Shown: positions 1 to 10,544, numbered from the stretch's first letter. The stretch is 64,000 nucleotides of DNA from Candidatus Binatia bacterium (GCA_963664015.2 CAXXLF010000001.1:1056001-1120000); one strand, 5' to 3'. Translations and numbers: made by a program. Notes: generated by a model not told the origin, from the letters alone.

Positions 1-1210
1 TGGGCTTGGTATCCCCCTCCCTTAACGCGTTGAGCTGGCGAAACTCGAGTGGGTCCATCCCCAACGCCTCGGCCATCATATCCATGTGACTCTCTGCCGC
101 AAACAGGGCCTGGAGCTCACCCGGGGCGCGAAAGTAGCCCGAGGGGACCCGGTTGGTATATACGATATAACCCTCCATCCGAACATGTGGGGTCCGGTAG
201 GAACCCGCCATGCAGAATGTCCCGTTCATCCCGTTGCGCGGTGTTCGAGCCCCATAGGCACCGCCGTTGTAGAAGATCTTACCGTCCCATGCCCACAGGC
301 GGCCGTCTCGCTTGACACCGGTGCGTAGCGTAATCACCGCGGCGTGACGGGGCTGCCCGTCTTGAAGCTCCTCCGTATAGCTCTCGACGTATTTAATCGG
401 CCGCCCGGCCGCCTTGGCCAGATAGTAGGTGCAGATAATATCCTCGCTCCCCTGCTTACCGCCAAAAGAGCCTCCAGTAGAAACCGGGTTAACCACGACC
501 ATCTCCTCGGGAAGATCCGCGTGCGCCGCTAGCCACGTCCGAATCAGGTAAGGCGCCTGGTGACACTGCCATATGGCAACGCGCCCCTGAGCATCGATTT
601 CCAAAAGTCCCGCGCGGGGCTCTACAAAGGCATGATGAACCGACTGGGTTTGAAAGGTATGTTCGAAAATTTGATCGGACTCGGCAATACCCTGCTCGAT
701 GTCTCCTTTCGAGGAACGCTCCACAGACCGGACATTCGTCCAAGACTCGTCCTTGTTCATCCCTTTGTAACTCGCGTAGTCAGGATGAAGGACCGGAGCA
801 TCGGACTTCATGGCTTCGATTGGATCGAAAACCGCAGGCAACTCTTCGTACTCAACATCGATTAGCCCCAGCGCCTCTTCCACATCCTCCATGGTTTCGG
901 CTGCCACGGCAGCCACTTTCTCGCCAATGTAGCGAACACGGTCCTGGGCAAGGACCGTCTTGTCCCGAAGGCCGCAACCCTCCAGGCGCGACGAGACATC
1001 CTTACCCGTGATCACTGCCTTCACACCAGGGAGTCTCAGTGCCCTGCTTGTATCGACGCTGACGATTCGGGCATGGGGATAAGGGCTTCGCACATACCCA
1101 CTCCACAGGGCACCCGGCCGATTGACATCCGCCGAATAGACGGAAGCCCCTGTGACTTTACTCTCTCCTTCGATTCGGGGAATTCCCCGACCAATTACGC
1201 TTCTACTCAT
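1..1210 (-). CDS. Xanthine dehydrogenase family molybdopterin-binding subunit (5' part, runs off window)
   Basis: Absent from the ORF track. Manual translation from ATG 1210 gives MSRSVIGRGIPRIEGESKVTG..VRSPYPHARI..DRVRYIGEKVAAVAA..GGSFGGK..YFRAPG, typical Mo-hydroxylase large-subunit motifs. Confidence 0.92.
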   Translation of the reverse strand, partial: MSRSVIGRGIPRIEGESKVTGASVYSADVNRPGALWSGYVRSPYPHARIVSVDTSRALRLPGVKAVITGKDVSSRLEGCGLRDKTVLAQDRVRYIGEKVAAVAAETMEDVEEALGLIDVEYEELPAVFDPIEAMKSDAPVLHPDYASYKGMNKDESWTNVRSVERSSKGDIEQGIAESDQIFEHTFQTQSVHHAFVEPRAGLLEIDAQGRVAIWQCHQAPYLIRTWLAAHADLPEEMVVVNPVSTGGSFGGKQGSEDIICTYYLAKAAGRPIKYVESYTEELQDGQPRHAAVITLRTGVKRDGRLWAWDGKIFYNGGAYGARTPRNGMNGTFCMAGSYRTPHVRMEGYIVYTNRVPSGYFRAPGELQALFAAESHMDMMAEALGMDPLEFRQLNALREGDTKP

Positions 1211-1330
1211 CAAATGTCCTTTCTCTAATCGTATTTCAACGATTCGTTATCCTAATTTTCCTATCCATTTTATTTATAAAAAGGTCACCTAACCCGGTTG
1301 CGGTCTAGCCTAGCACCGTAGTGCCTCCTG

Positions 1331-2290
1331 TCAATCAAGATAACCGCACTGGCGCCAGAATCGCTCCGCCGCCGGGTGCAGGGGAACATCCAGGGGCCCC
1401 TCGGCGCTGTCTCGACACATACGCTCCAAAGGCAGGATCCCCTCACCTTGCCAGGGAATGATTTCTTTTCGCGCCTCCAACGCCGCACAAAAGGAAGCGA
1501 TGGTGTCATCGGGAACATCCGCGTGCGTAAAGACCGGCCAACCGCTAAAATCCAAGGAAGCGACGTCCGCGTCAAGATTGGGATGCTCGGCCTTGGCGAT
1601 GGTGACAGGGCGAAACCCCATGGTTTGCAGCCGCTCCAGTATCGATTCGTCAATGGTCAAGATACGCATTCCCGATTCAAGCGCCCGATCCCCCCACGAG
1701 TCCAGGCTTTCATCGAAGATGCCGTCCACCTCCCCGCGCTCGGCCATTTCCATTCGGGCCCGACCCGGCATTCCGGAATCGTACGTCACCCGGCCGCCCC
1801 AGGAAACGATGTCGTCGAGTGAAAATCCGGCCTGCGAGAGCACTTCGTTAACAAACAGATGCAGCGAATGGTTGGCCTGCCCGCGTAGCGAAACCCGGAG
1901 CGGGAACCGCCGTTCCCGTATATCCGAAAGGGAGACCAAGCCCGTTGCCGCTTTGACGGCGAGCACGAACGTGTCTGATGAAGGGATCACCGTGATAGCC
2001 CTCACGGGGATGGGCGCTTTATAGGGGCCCGTTCCTTTAAAGGCCAGGGTCAGCGGAGCCGAGGGGTTGATAATCGCAACATCCACCTCCCTGCGGGCGA
2101 CCTGGTCGATCCCATCGGGAGTGTCGCTGCCGACAAAGTTCAATTTCCAGGGACCGGGGCCCTGTTCCCGAAGACTGATCTGAGCCTGGGGGTAGGGAAA
2201 GGACCGATGGGCGACCAACTCGGATGTCACTTCCAGCATCAGCCGGGAACGGATAACCGAGGGTGACACACGATCGCTTTTCTTTTCCAT
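1331..2290 (-). CDS. TAXI-family solute-binding-fold protein, no signal peptide (paralog 1)
   Basis: C-terminal VPLHPAAERFW..GYL resembles the TAXI terminus; hydrophilic N-terminus. Confidence 0.75.
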   Translation of the reverse strand: MEKKSDRVSPSVIRSRLMLEVTSELVAHRSFPYPQAQISLREQGPGPWKLNFVGSDTPDGIDQVARREVDVAIINPSAPLTLAFKGTGPYKAPIPVRAITVIPSSDTFVLAVKAATGLVSLSDIRERRFPLRVSLRGQANHSLHLFVNEVLSQAGFSLDDIVSWGGRVTYDSGMPGRARMEMAERGEVDGIFDESLDSWGDRALESGMRILTIDESILERLQTMGFRPVTIAKAEHPNLDADVASLDFSGWPVFTHADVPDDTIASFCAALEARKEIIPWQGEGILPLERMCRDSAEGPLDVPLHPAAERFWRQCGYLD

Positions 2291-2367
2291 AAATGCTGCC
2301 TCTCTGGTTGATGGATGCTACGAGCGCATGTCCCAACCCGCTGTATCGGTGGAATTCAATTAACCGA

Positions 2368-3327
2368 TCAAGAGAGATAGCCGCGCCCGCGCCAAAAGCG
2401 CTCTGCCGCCGGATGCAGGGGAATGTCCAGGGGGGAATCCAAGCTGTCTCGACACATCCGCTCCAACGGTAGGGGCCCCTCTCCCTGCCACGGGACCGCT
2501 CCCTTGCGTGCTTCGAGGGCGGCGCAAAAGCAAGTGATGATATCATCCGGTACATCCGCACGGGTAAAGACCGGCCAACCGCTAAAATCCAGTGTCCAGA
2601 CATCCTCCGGAAGCTTGGGGTAGTCGGCCTTTTTAACCACTGCCCGACGAAAGCCCATGGCCTCCAGGCGCTTGAGAAGAGGCTCCTCCAAAGGCAGCAA
2701 ACGCATTCCCAGATCCAAAGCCTTGGGGGCCCAGGAATTCACGGCTTCGTCGAAAATGGCATCCGCCTCTCCGCGCTCCACGATACCGATACGCGTAGCT
2801 CCTGGAATTCCAGGATCATACCGCACTTTGCCGCCCCACGAGTTGATATCGTCCAGTGAGAAACCAAGGAGTGAGAACACATGATTGATGTGAAAATGGT
2901 CCGAATGGTTACGCTGGTCACGGAGCGAAACCCTGAGTGGGAAACGGCGTTCTTTCAAGTCCGATAACGATTTCAAGCCGGTGCTCTCGTGGACGGCAAA
3001 AACAAACTGGTCCAGCGACGGGATCACGGTAATGATCCGCAAGGGGATGGGTTCCTTATATCGACCGGTTCCCTTGAAAGCCAGCGACAGGGGGCCCGCC
3101 GGATTGATGATGGCGATATCCGACTTGCCCTGCGCTACCTCATCGATGGCGTCAGGCGTATCGCTCCCGAACAGATTCAACTTCCAGCTATCCGGCCCTT
3201 GCTCGCGCAGGCTCAAACGTGCCTGTCGATAAGGGAACTCCATCTTACCGACCATCTCGGAGGCCACCTCCAGTACGAGCCGAGAGCGGGTTATTGATGG
3301 AGGGAAATGAGGTATCTTGAAATCCAT
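2368..3327 (-). CDS. TAXI-family solute-binding-fold protein, no signal peptide (paralog 2)
   Basis: Close paralog of 1331..2290; start MDFK at 3327 after AGGAAAGG. Confidence 0.75.
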   Translation of the reverse strand: MDFKIPHFPPSITRSRLVLEVASEMVGKMEFPYRQARLSLREQGPDSWKLNLFGSDTPDAIDEVAQGKSDIAIINPAGPLSLAFKGTGRYKEPIPLRIITVIPSLDQFVFAVHESTGLKSLSDLKERRFPLRVSLRDQRNHSDHFHINHVFSLLGFSLDDINSWGGKVRYDPGIPGATRIGIVERGEADAIFDEAVNSWAPKALDLGMRLLPLEEPLLKRLEAMGFRRAVVKKADYPKLPEDVWTLDFSGWPVFTRADVPDDIITCFCAALEARKGAVPWQGEGPLPLERMCRDSLDSPLDIPLHPAAERFWRGRGYLS

Positions 3328-3404
3328 GTTGCTTTCCTTTCCTGGAGCCCAGGTTTTGCCGGTTGGCTGTGAGGGGGATGGGGCAATGATATTGCTTAAC
3401 GAGA

Positions 3405-4823
3405 CTAAAAGAGATCCTTCCACTTATCCAAAACACGGCTCCGAAGCTCGGGACTTGCAATATTGGTCTTGGGGAAATCCTTGATCCACTCGTAGGGCTT
3501 GCAGGCGTTGATAATGGCCCGGGAACTGGTGAGGTCTCCCTGTTTCTTTCGTTCAGGCGTCACCCGTGGATCCAGAGGGCTGGAAGGGCAGTCCTTGAGA
3601 ATGGATATGGTGGTCTCCGGGTCGCAGCGGGTTCCGATGGCCCAGAGAACATCTTCCGGGTCGCGGGGATTGATATCCTCATCCACGATCACGACAAACC
3701 GACCCATGTAATCGCCCGACGCCGCCAGACCAGCCTTCATGGCATGGCCGGGATATTGCTGGCGGATCTGAACCACGGTGAACCCCGGAACCCCCAAGGG
3801 CCAGACGTCAAGAACGTCGGTGATACCCGCCTTCAGGAGCTTTTCTTTATGGTTGGGTGCGTTGGTCGGGATGGCAAAGTGACTCCCTGTATGCCGATGA
3901 CGTACGGGAGGCATGCCCAGGATGATGGGATTGTTACGGTGATACAGCGCCTTGATTCGAATCACGGGTTCCGGCCTGGTCCCTGATGCGTAATACCCCG
4001 TCCACTCTCCAAATGGTCCTTCGTCTCTCGATTCCACCTCTGGTGGCGGGACCTCGCCCGCGATGACAATCTCCGAGGTAGCCGGGATAGGAACCCCTGT
4101 TACCGGTTCACGGACCACCTCGACGGGGGCTCCTCGAACATGTCCTACCAGCTCGTACTTAAACAATCCCCGCTTTTGGCCCAACATCGGCGCGGCAGCT
4201 AGAAATACGACAGGCTCCTGGCCGAAGGAAACCACCACCGGACAACTCTCACCCCTCTCCCAATACCTCTTTCGAATTATCGCTCCGGTCTTGGAGGGAG
4301 TGATATAAAGGCCGGCGGTCAGTTTGTCCTGGATCATCACCCGGTAGCAGCCGAAATTCACTTTACCGCTGTCAGGGTCTCTCATGTATACGACACAACC
4401 GGTCCCCAGATAACGTCCCCCATCGTCTTCGTGCCACCTCGGGGTGGGGAACTTCCAGAGGTCGATTCCATCTCCCGTCAGCACGTTTTCAAAGATCGGT
4501 CCCGTCTCAACTTCAACGGGAGGTACGGGCTGGTAGCAGGCTATCTTTTTTGCATAGGCATCCAGCGCGCCGTTCAGGTCGAGATCGAGGGGTAGGTCCA
4601 GCGCAAGGAGCGAACGGCGCAGGTTATCCATCGCATTGGTCAAAATACGATAGCCTTTCGGATAGCCTTTAATGGAGTCAAAGAGGAGGGCCGGACCCAG
4701 TCGTTCGTAGTTGAGTTCGGTAATGGTCCCGATCTCCAGGTCCCAATCGGCATCCTGGACAGACCGTAGCTCCTGGTTTTTATCCAGGGCCGCTACGAAC
4801 TCCCTTAAATCTCTGTATGGCAC
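3405..4823 (-). CDS. UbiD-family prFMN-dependent decarboxylase
   Basis: MPYRDLREF N-terminus, DGGRYLGT, EGPFGEWTGYY, VDEDI..VLWAIGTR. Confidence 0.93.
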   Translation of the reverse strand: MPYRDLREFVAALDKNQELRSVQDADWDLEIGTITELNYERLGPALLFDSIKGYPKGYRILTNAMDNLRRSLLALDLPLDLDLNGALDAYAKKIACYQPVPPVEVETGPIFENVLTGDGIDLWKFPTPRWHEDDGGRYLGTGCVVYMRDPDSGKVNFGCYRVMIQDKLTAGLYITPSKTGAIIRKRYWERGESCPVVVSFGQEPVVFLAAAPMLGQKRGLFKYELVGHVRGAPVEVVREPVTGVPIPATSEIVIAGEVPPPEVESRDEGPFGEWTGYYASGTRPEPVIRIKALYHRNNPIILGMPPVRHRHTGSHFAIPTNAPNHKEKLLKAGITDVLDVWPLGVPGFTVVQIRQQYPGHAMKAGLAASGDYMGRFVVIVDEDINPRDPEDVLWAIGTRCDPETTISILKDCPSSPLDPRVTPERKKQGDLTSSRAIINACKPYEWIKDFPKTNIASPELRSRVLDKWKDLF

Positions 4824-5199
4824 TTTGCTTTCCCCTTGGGATTATTAAACGTGGGACCAATCTCATTGTCGACTAAAGACTCGGTTCAATCGCCAGAGAT
4901 TTCCGCCCTATGCGTGTGATTGCCCCACCCACCGTAAACTTCCGCCAAGTACAGACAGTACCGTTTTACCTCAACCCTAGGTTCTACTCATTGCAGCGGG
5001 ATAAGGACAGATGCCAAGAACAGAAAGAGCAGCACCAGACCTAGCTGTCTAATTTCCATCATAAATTATTCGATCTTTCGTTGGAGCTACAAGGCGTTTA
5101 CACCACCCTGTAACTAGGCGCCATATACCAATATAGGCGATGAGCTGTCAAGCAAAGCCGATCCCGAGTTCAGCAGAGAGATTCCCAATCTCTACTCCC

Positions 5200-5248
5200 A
5201 AAAAAAGGGGAGCCCCCTAGAATTATCATTCCGAGGAAAGCTCGCCCC
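5200..5248 (-). terminator. Putative intrinsic terminator downstream of 5317..5724
   Basis: Imperfect GC-rich stem (GGGGCGAGC..GGGGGCTCCCC) followed by a T-run on the minus strand. Confidence 0.5.
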
Positions 5249-5316
5249 AATTCCAAATACTCACCAAGCCGGCCCGGTGGATTGCACTGGACCCCAAGAG
5301 CTTGGCCTATCAGTAC

Positions 5317-5724
5317 TTACTCGCTTTTCTTTTTCTTCTTTTTCCCCCTGACTATGATCTCCCTCTTTTCCCCAGTGGCGATCACATAGGGGACCGGATC
5401 GTATTTACCCTTGCTATTATACTTGATCAAAACGACGTCGCCCTTTTTCAGGTCCTTAAGGGATATCTCTTCTTCTGCTAATTTCTTGAACTTGGTCTCC
5501 CCGGGGTCCACGGCAATAATTTCAGCAGCCACCCTACCACGGCGTCTCTTTCCCGTATCGATTTGGATCGTCCTTCTCCCCACTTCATAGACGACTCCCT
5601 CGATGATCTGAGGCGCCTTGCTTCGGCTCCTCTTCTTCTTGCTTTGTTGAGACCATCCGTCCAACGCCATCCCTAGAACAAATGCAGTTGTTAGGAAAAT
5701 AGCTATAAACGTTCGAACCCTCAT
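5317..5724 (-). CDS. Secreted basic hypothetical protein, possible OB-fold
   Basis: Signal peptide, GGAGG RBS, IEGVVYEV..DLKKGDVVLIKY pattern, Lys-rich ends. Confidence 0.7.
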   Translation of the reverse strand: MRVRTFIAIFLTTAFVLGMALDGWSQQSKKKRSRSKAPQIIEGVVYEVGRRTIQIDTGKRRRGRVAAEIIAVDPGETKFKKLAEEEISLKDLKKGDVVLIKYNSKGKYDPVPYVIATGEKREIIVRGKKKKKKSE

Positions 5725-5845
5725 TCTCTAATACCTCCTTTGGCTCAAACTAACCTGTTCTGGATGGGCTTAGACCATATTTTCATAGACCTTGTCAAGA
5801 GGGCTAATGCATCGTGACGCCCAAATCCCCATAGGATTCAGTTCC

Positions 5846-5880
5846 TTGACAGAAACATAGGGATGTCGTAAACACCGTAC
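5846..5880 (+). promoter_or_regulatory. Sigma70-like promoter / conserved box upstream of UbiD 2
   Basis: TTGACA-N17-TAAACA; GGGATGTCGTAAACnCCGTAC is shared with 8693..8727. Confidence 0.6.
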
Positions 5881-6060
5881 GAACTCACGCACGAGGATCC
5901 GGAACGCTCCCCCCTGTGGAGTCCTAATGCACAACCTGAGGCTGCGAATCAGCAGAGGAAGAAATCGGGAATGTTCCAAAACACCACCATGGGAACCGGC
6001 GCAACACTACTCCACCGTTGTGCTGCGGGGCTCCCAATTAACCAGTAGCGAGGTAAACCG

Positions 6061-7464
6061 ATGAAAGGGTTACAGGAGTTTATTTCTGAATATGAGGCGG
6101 CCTTTCCGGACCTGGTCATCCATGTGGATAAGGAAGTGGACGCCCGTTGGGAAGCCTCGGCCATCGCGCTGAAGGCACAGAAAGAATTACGTGAGCCGCC
6201 GGTGCTTATTTTCAATCGGATTCGCACTACCACGGGGACCCTCTCCAAGTTTCCGGTGGTTTTGAATCTCTTCGCCTCACGCCAACGGGCCGCCTATGCC
6301 GTCGGTTCAGACTTTCAGCAAATTGGTCGAGATCTCTTCCAACGACGGGAGCAGCGAATCAAACCGGTTGTTGTCGACCGCCGCGACGCCTGTGTAAAAC
6401 AAGTAATCAAGACGGGAAATTCTGCCAATTTGCAGGAGATTCCGGCCCTTGTCCACGCCGCATGGGATCCGGGACCCTACGTGTCAGCGGGTTATATAAC
6501 CACTTACGATCCGGACTCGGGCGTCGACAATTGCGCCCTCCAACGGGGTTGGTTTTACGGCGAGAAGGAGATCCGTATTTTTCCCAACCGTGCCAGCCAT
6601 AATCGCTGGAACATCAATAAGCAAGAAAAACTCGGTCAAGACGCTAGGGTCGCCATCTGGATAGGTCATCACCCCGCTGTCTGCATGGGAGCTGAGGCAA
6701 AGATGGGGTATCCGTTGAGCCATTGGGATACCGCCGGCGGATGTCTGGGGGAACCTCTGAGGCTCGTGCCATCAGAGACCCTGGGAGACGACTTCCTGGT
6801 CCCCGCAGATGCCGAATTCGTCATCGAAGGCACTGTCCCCCAAGGCAAACTCAAACCGGAAGGGCCCTTTGGAGAATATACGAGGTATTTTGGCGCCCAA
6901 CGGCTTAACCCTTACATGGAAGTTACCTGCATCAGCCACCGGGAGAATGCCCTTTGGACGTCCATCATCACCGGGTACGCCGACGATCAAATTGGGGCCC
7001 TGCGCCGTGAAGGACTTGTCTTCGAAGCCGTGCAACGGGTAGTCCCACAGCTCCAGGCGGTCTATCGGCCCATGGCCGCTCCCCATCACATGTATTTACA
7101 AATTCGCAAAAACCACGATGCCCAACCCAGAGCCGCCATCATGGCAGCCTTGTCCGTACCCGACGCCATCAAGCATGTTTTCGTGTTCGATCAGGACGTG
7201 GATATCTTTGACGAGCAAGAGGTGCAATGGGCCATCGATACCCGGTCCGACTGGGCCAAAGACCTGATCGTCGTACCCAATCTGGAAGCATCCCACCTGG
7301 AGCCCACCACCAAGGGCGATGGGTTGGGAACTCGCGCAGGGATCGACTGCACCATACCTTCGCCGCCGGCGGTTTACGAGCAGCGCTCTTTCATTCCCCA
7401 GGATGTCATGGACCGTATCAAGCTTGACGACTATCTCCCCAAAGGGAAAGGAACATACCGGTAG
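6061..7464 (+). CDS. UbiD-family decarboxylase (paralog of 8935..10353)
   Basis: DPGPYVSAG, EGPFGEYTRYF, DVDIFDEQEVQWAIDTR. Confidence 0.92.
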   Translation: MKGLQEFISEYEAAFPDLVIHVDKEVDARWEASAIALKAQKELREPPVLIFNRIRTTTGTLSKFPVVLNLFASRQRAAYAVGSDFQQIGRDLFQRREQRIKPVVVDRRDACVKQVIKTGNSANLQEIPALVHAAWDPGPYVSAGYITTYDPDSGVDNCALQRGWFYGEKEIRIFPNRASHNRWNINKQEKLGQDARVAIWIGHHPAVCMGAEAKMGYPLSHWDTAGGCLGEPLRLVPSETLGDDFLVPADAEFVIEGTVPQGKLKPEGPFGEYTRYFGAQRLNPYMEVTCISHRENALWTSIITGYADDQIGALRREGLVFEAVQRVVPQLQAVYRPMAAPHHMYLQIRKNHDAQPRAAIMAALSVPDAIKHVFVFDQDVDIFDEQEVQWAIDTRSDWAKDLIVVPNLEASHLEPTTKGDGLGTRAGIDCTIPSPPAVYEQRSFIPQDVMDRIKLDDYLPKGKGTYR

Positions 7465-7509
7465 GATTCCACATCCCCAATTCACTGAAATCACGAAGGA
7501 AGGTATCTT

Positions 7510-8625
7510 ATGACAAATCAAGCTTCAAATCCGATAGGTGGCGCTTATGATGGCTGGGTCGCATCACAGGGGATACCGGTCCATGAAGGCTACTTCATTG
7601 AGGACATCAGGACCCTGGAGTTAGGTTGGTGGGAGGCGCGACAGTGCCACAGTGCCTTTATAAAACTGGCAGGCCAGGAAGGCGTCAGCGAAACCCGAGT
7701 CACGGAAATTCCTGCGGGCAAAACCCTTCCACCATCCAGGTTTTTGCTCGACGAAATTGTGTACGTGGGGGACGGACGGGGTATAGCCACGGTTTGGGGC
7801 AACGAAGACAGCCCAAAGCAGACCTTCGAGTGGCAGTCGAACAGCCTGTTTTTGATCCCGCGCAATTACGCGTGCCAGTTAAGCAATATGCAGGGGAATA
7901 AACCCGCCAGACTGCTCCATTACAACTACCTCCCGCTGGCCATGACCATTACGCCGGACCCGAAGTTTTTCTTTAACAACACGCACGTAGATCTAGAACT
8001 CTTGTACGGCAATGGTGGGGAATTTTATTCGGAGGCGAAGGCGGTGAGTGATACCGGGAGTTGGGCCGGGAGAGCGAGTGGCCGAAACATCTGGTTCGGC
8101 AATTTTTTCCCCGACATGAAGAACTGGGACAGGCTGGACACCCACGAGCACAGGGGGGCCGGGGGCAACGTCGTCCTGGTAAAATTTCCGAACTCGGCCA
8201 TGAAGGGACATATGTCGGTCTTCCCTTCCAATACTTACAAGAAAGCCCATCGTCATGGCCCGGGAGTGGTCATCGTGATCCCGTCGGGAGAGGGTTACTC
8301 CATCATGTGGCAAGAGGGGAAGGAAAAGATCGTCATCCCCTGGCATGAGGGCAGTGTGATGGTCCCTCCCGACCACTGGTTTCACCAGCACTTCAATATC
8401 GGGGGTAATCCAGCCCGGTACCTGGCCTTCCACTCGCCGGAAGGACTCGTCGGGTACAGTGAAAAGGTGGAAGAATTAGCAAAGGATCAGATCGAATATC
8501 CCGATGAAGACCGCCAGGTACGGGATACGTTCGAGGCGGAGCTTGGCAAGAGGGGAATCAAGTCTCTGATGCCTGTAGCGGCCTATCAGGATCGGAACTA
8601 TGCGTGGAGCTACCCATCGAGCTAA
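7510..8625 (+). CDS. Bicupin, gentisate 1,2-dioxygenase-like
   Basis: C-terminal cupin KKAHRHGPG..WFHQHFN; AAGGAGG RBS. Confidence 0.85.
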   Translation: MTNQASNPIGGAYDGWVASQGIPVHEGYFIEDIRTLELGWWEARQCHSAFIKLAGQEGVSETRVTEIPAGKTLPPSRFLLDEIVYVGDGRGIATVWGNEDSPKQTFEWQSNSLFLIPRNYACQLSNMQGNKPARLLHYNYLPLAMTITPDPKFFFNNTHVDLELLYGNGGEFYSEAKAVSDTGSWAGRASGRNIWFGNFFPDMKNWDRLDTHEHRGAGGNVVLVKFPNSAMKGHMSVFPSNTYKKAHRHGPGVVIVIPSGEGYSIMWQEGKEKIVIPWHEGSVMVPPDHWFHQHFNIGGNPARYLAFHSPEGLVGYSEKVEELAKDQIEYPDEDRQVRDTFEAELGKRGIKSLMPVAAYQDRNYAWSYPSS

Positions 8626-8692
8626 AGAACGGTGTTTTCTATGTCGATTCTGATCAGGACTAATCCCGGGACCGGGCCATCGGGGAACCTTA

Positions 8693-8727
8693 TTGACAGC
8701 CACCGGGGGATGTCGTAAACCCCGTAC
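8693..8727 (+). promoter_or_regulatory. Sigma70-like promoter / conserved box upstream of UbiD 3
   Basis: TTGACA-N17-TAAACC; near copy of 5846..5880. Confidence 0.6.
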
Positions 8728-8934
8728 CATAGGAAGTGGATGTTGTTATTCCGGCAGGGCGAACGTTGGCCCATGGGCAAGATTTAGAACAGGGCTCGTT
8801 CCGCTGGATGGGGTGTGGATTTAAGAGCCCAACGCCCTAATGCCAATTAGGATAACGGAAAATGAAGAGAACTTGCAGTTGGTCAATAATCCATAAACCA
8901 GGACATCAATTTAATAGGCAATAGGGGAGTTGAT

Positions 8935-10353
8935 ATGAAGGGTGCAAAGGTTCAAGGTTTACAGGAATTTTTAACGACGTACGAAGAGGCGTATCCAAAC
9001 ATGGTGGTGCATGTGCACCAGGAAGTGGATGCCCGTTACGACGCAGCGGCCATCGCCCTCAAAGCACAGAAGGAGCTTCGCGAAGCCCCCGTCTTTATCT
9101 TGCACAAACTTCGCACCATTACCGGGAAGATCTCACCCTTTCCGGTCGTTTTGAACCTCTTTGCATCCAGACAGCGTTCCGCCTTCGCCGTCGGATCGAC
9201 CTTTGAAACACTGGGCTGTGACCTGTACGAGATGCGCTCGAAACGAATCAAGCCGGTGGTGGTAAACCGCAGCGAGGCGTCGGTAAAACAAGTGGTCAAG
9301 ACCGGCGATTCCGCAAATCTGGAAGAGATCCCGGGCCTCGTCCATGCCGCTTGGGATCCGGGACCCTACGTGTCAGCGGGTTATTTAACCACTTACGACC
9401 CGGATACGGGTATCGACAACTGCGCATTGCAGCGGGGATGGCTTTACGACAAGAAGGAGCTCCGAATTTTTCCCAATCGTGCCAGCCATAACCGATGGAA
9501 CATTAACAAGTGGGAGGAACGGGGCGAAAACGCAAAGGTCGCCTATTGGGCCGGGCACCACCCTGCCGTATGCATGGGGGCGGAGGCTAAGATGGGATAC
9601 CCGCTGAGTCATTGGGATGCGGCTGGTGGCTGTATCGATGAACCGTTGCGGCTGGTGCCATCGGAGACGTTGGGAGACGACTTCCTCGTCCCCGCCGATG
9701 CCGAGTTCGTGATTGAGGGAGTCGTCCCCAAGGGAAAACTCAAGCCTGAAGGACCCTTTGGAGAATACACCCGGTACTTCGGCGCCCAACGGCTGAATCC
9801 CTATATGGAGGTGACCTGCATCAGCCATCGGAAGAATGCCCACTGGGTATCGATTCTCACAGGTTACGCAGACGATCAGATTGGCGCGTTACGCAGGGAA
9901 GGAAGCGTTTTCTCTGCGGTCCAAAGAGTGGTGCCGCAGATCAAACATGTTTACCGCCCGATGCCCGCGCCGCATCATATGTACATTCAGATCCGAAAGA
10001 CCCACGACTCCCAGCCGCGCATGGCGATCATGGCGGCGCTATCATTGCCCGATGGAGTGAAACACGTCTTCGTTTTTGACGAGGATGTGGATATCTTCGA
10101 TGAGCAGGAAGTCCAGTGGGCCATCGATACCCGGTCCGACTGGGCCAAGGACCTGATCGTTGTCCCCAACCTCCATGCCAGCAACCTGGATCCGTCCACG
10201 ACCGGCGGTGGCCTGGGAACAAGGGCGGGGATTGACTGCACCATACCGTGTCCACCGGCAGTGTACGAGCAGCGCTCGTTTATTCCGCAGGAGGTCATGG
10301 ACAGGATCAAACTTGCGGATTATCTACCTAATGGAAAAGGAAACAATCGTTGA
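8935..10353 (+). CDS. UbiD-family decarboxylase (paralog of 6061..7464)
   Basis: Same motifs, with long identical peptide stretches shared with UbiD 2. Confidence 0.92.
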   Translation: MKGAKVQGLQEFLTTYEEAYPNMVVHVHQEVDARYDAAAIALKAQKELREAPVFILHKLRTITGKISPFPVVLNLFASRQRSAFAVGSTFETLGCDLYEMRSKRIKPVVVNRSEASVKQVVKTGDSANLEEIPGLVHAAWDPGPYVSAGYLTTYDPDTGIDNCALQRGWLYDKKELRIFPNRASHNRWNINKWEERGENAKVAYWAGHHPAVCMGAEAKMGYPLSHWDAAGGCIDEPLRLVPSETLGDDFLVPADAEFVIEGVVPKGKLKPEGPFGEYTRYFGAQRLNPYMEVTCISHRKNAHWVSILTGYADDQIGALRREGSVFSAVQRVVPQIKHVYRPMPAPHHMYIQIRKTHDSQPRMAIMAALSLPDGVKHVFVFDEDVDIFDEQEVQWAIDTRSDWAKDLIVVPNLHASNLDPSTTGGGLGTRAGIDCTIPCPPAVYEQRSFIPQEVMDRIKLADYLPNGKGNNR

Positions 10354-10362
10354 GGATTAACC

Positions 10363-10530
10363 ATGGATAAAGTCAGTTATGTGACATGCCCGGGCTGCAG
10401 TCGTGATTTTTATGTGGAGCGTTCCGAGTATGCAGGGCATCCGGAAGCGCCCTGCCAGTGCCCCTTTTGCCTCCGTGAGTTCACGGCGGGAGAAGGCAAC
10501 CCGCGACCACCCCTTACAGTCAATCAATAG
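10363..10530 (+). CDS. 55-aa zinc-ribbon protein (CxxC..CxxC), candidate UbiD accessory subunit
   Basis: Absent from the ORF track. GAGGA RBS, 9 nt after the UbiD stop: MDKVSYVTCPGCSRDFYVERSEYAGHPEAPCQCPFCLREFTAGEGNPRPPLTVNQ. Confidence 0.85.
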   Translation: MDKVSYVTCPGCSRDFYVERSEYAGHPEAPCQCPFCLREFTAGEGNPRPPLTVNQ

Positions 10531-10544
10531 CCGTCGGCTTGGAC

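Noticed and set aside
49-1011. Plus-strand short ORFs at the window start
   Set aside because: They are antisense shadows of the minus-strand Mo-hydroxylase gene.
4885-5063. Short signal-peptide-like ORF with a TGA and an open continuation
   Set aside because: No Cys-type redox context, SECIS or recognisable homology; cannot support Sec or a gene call.
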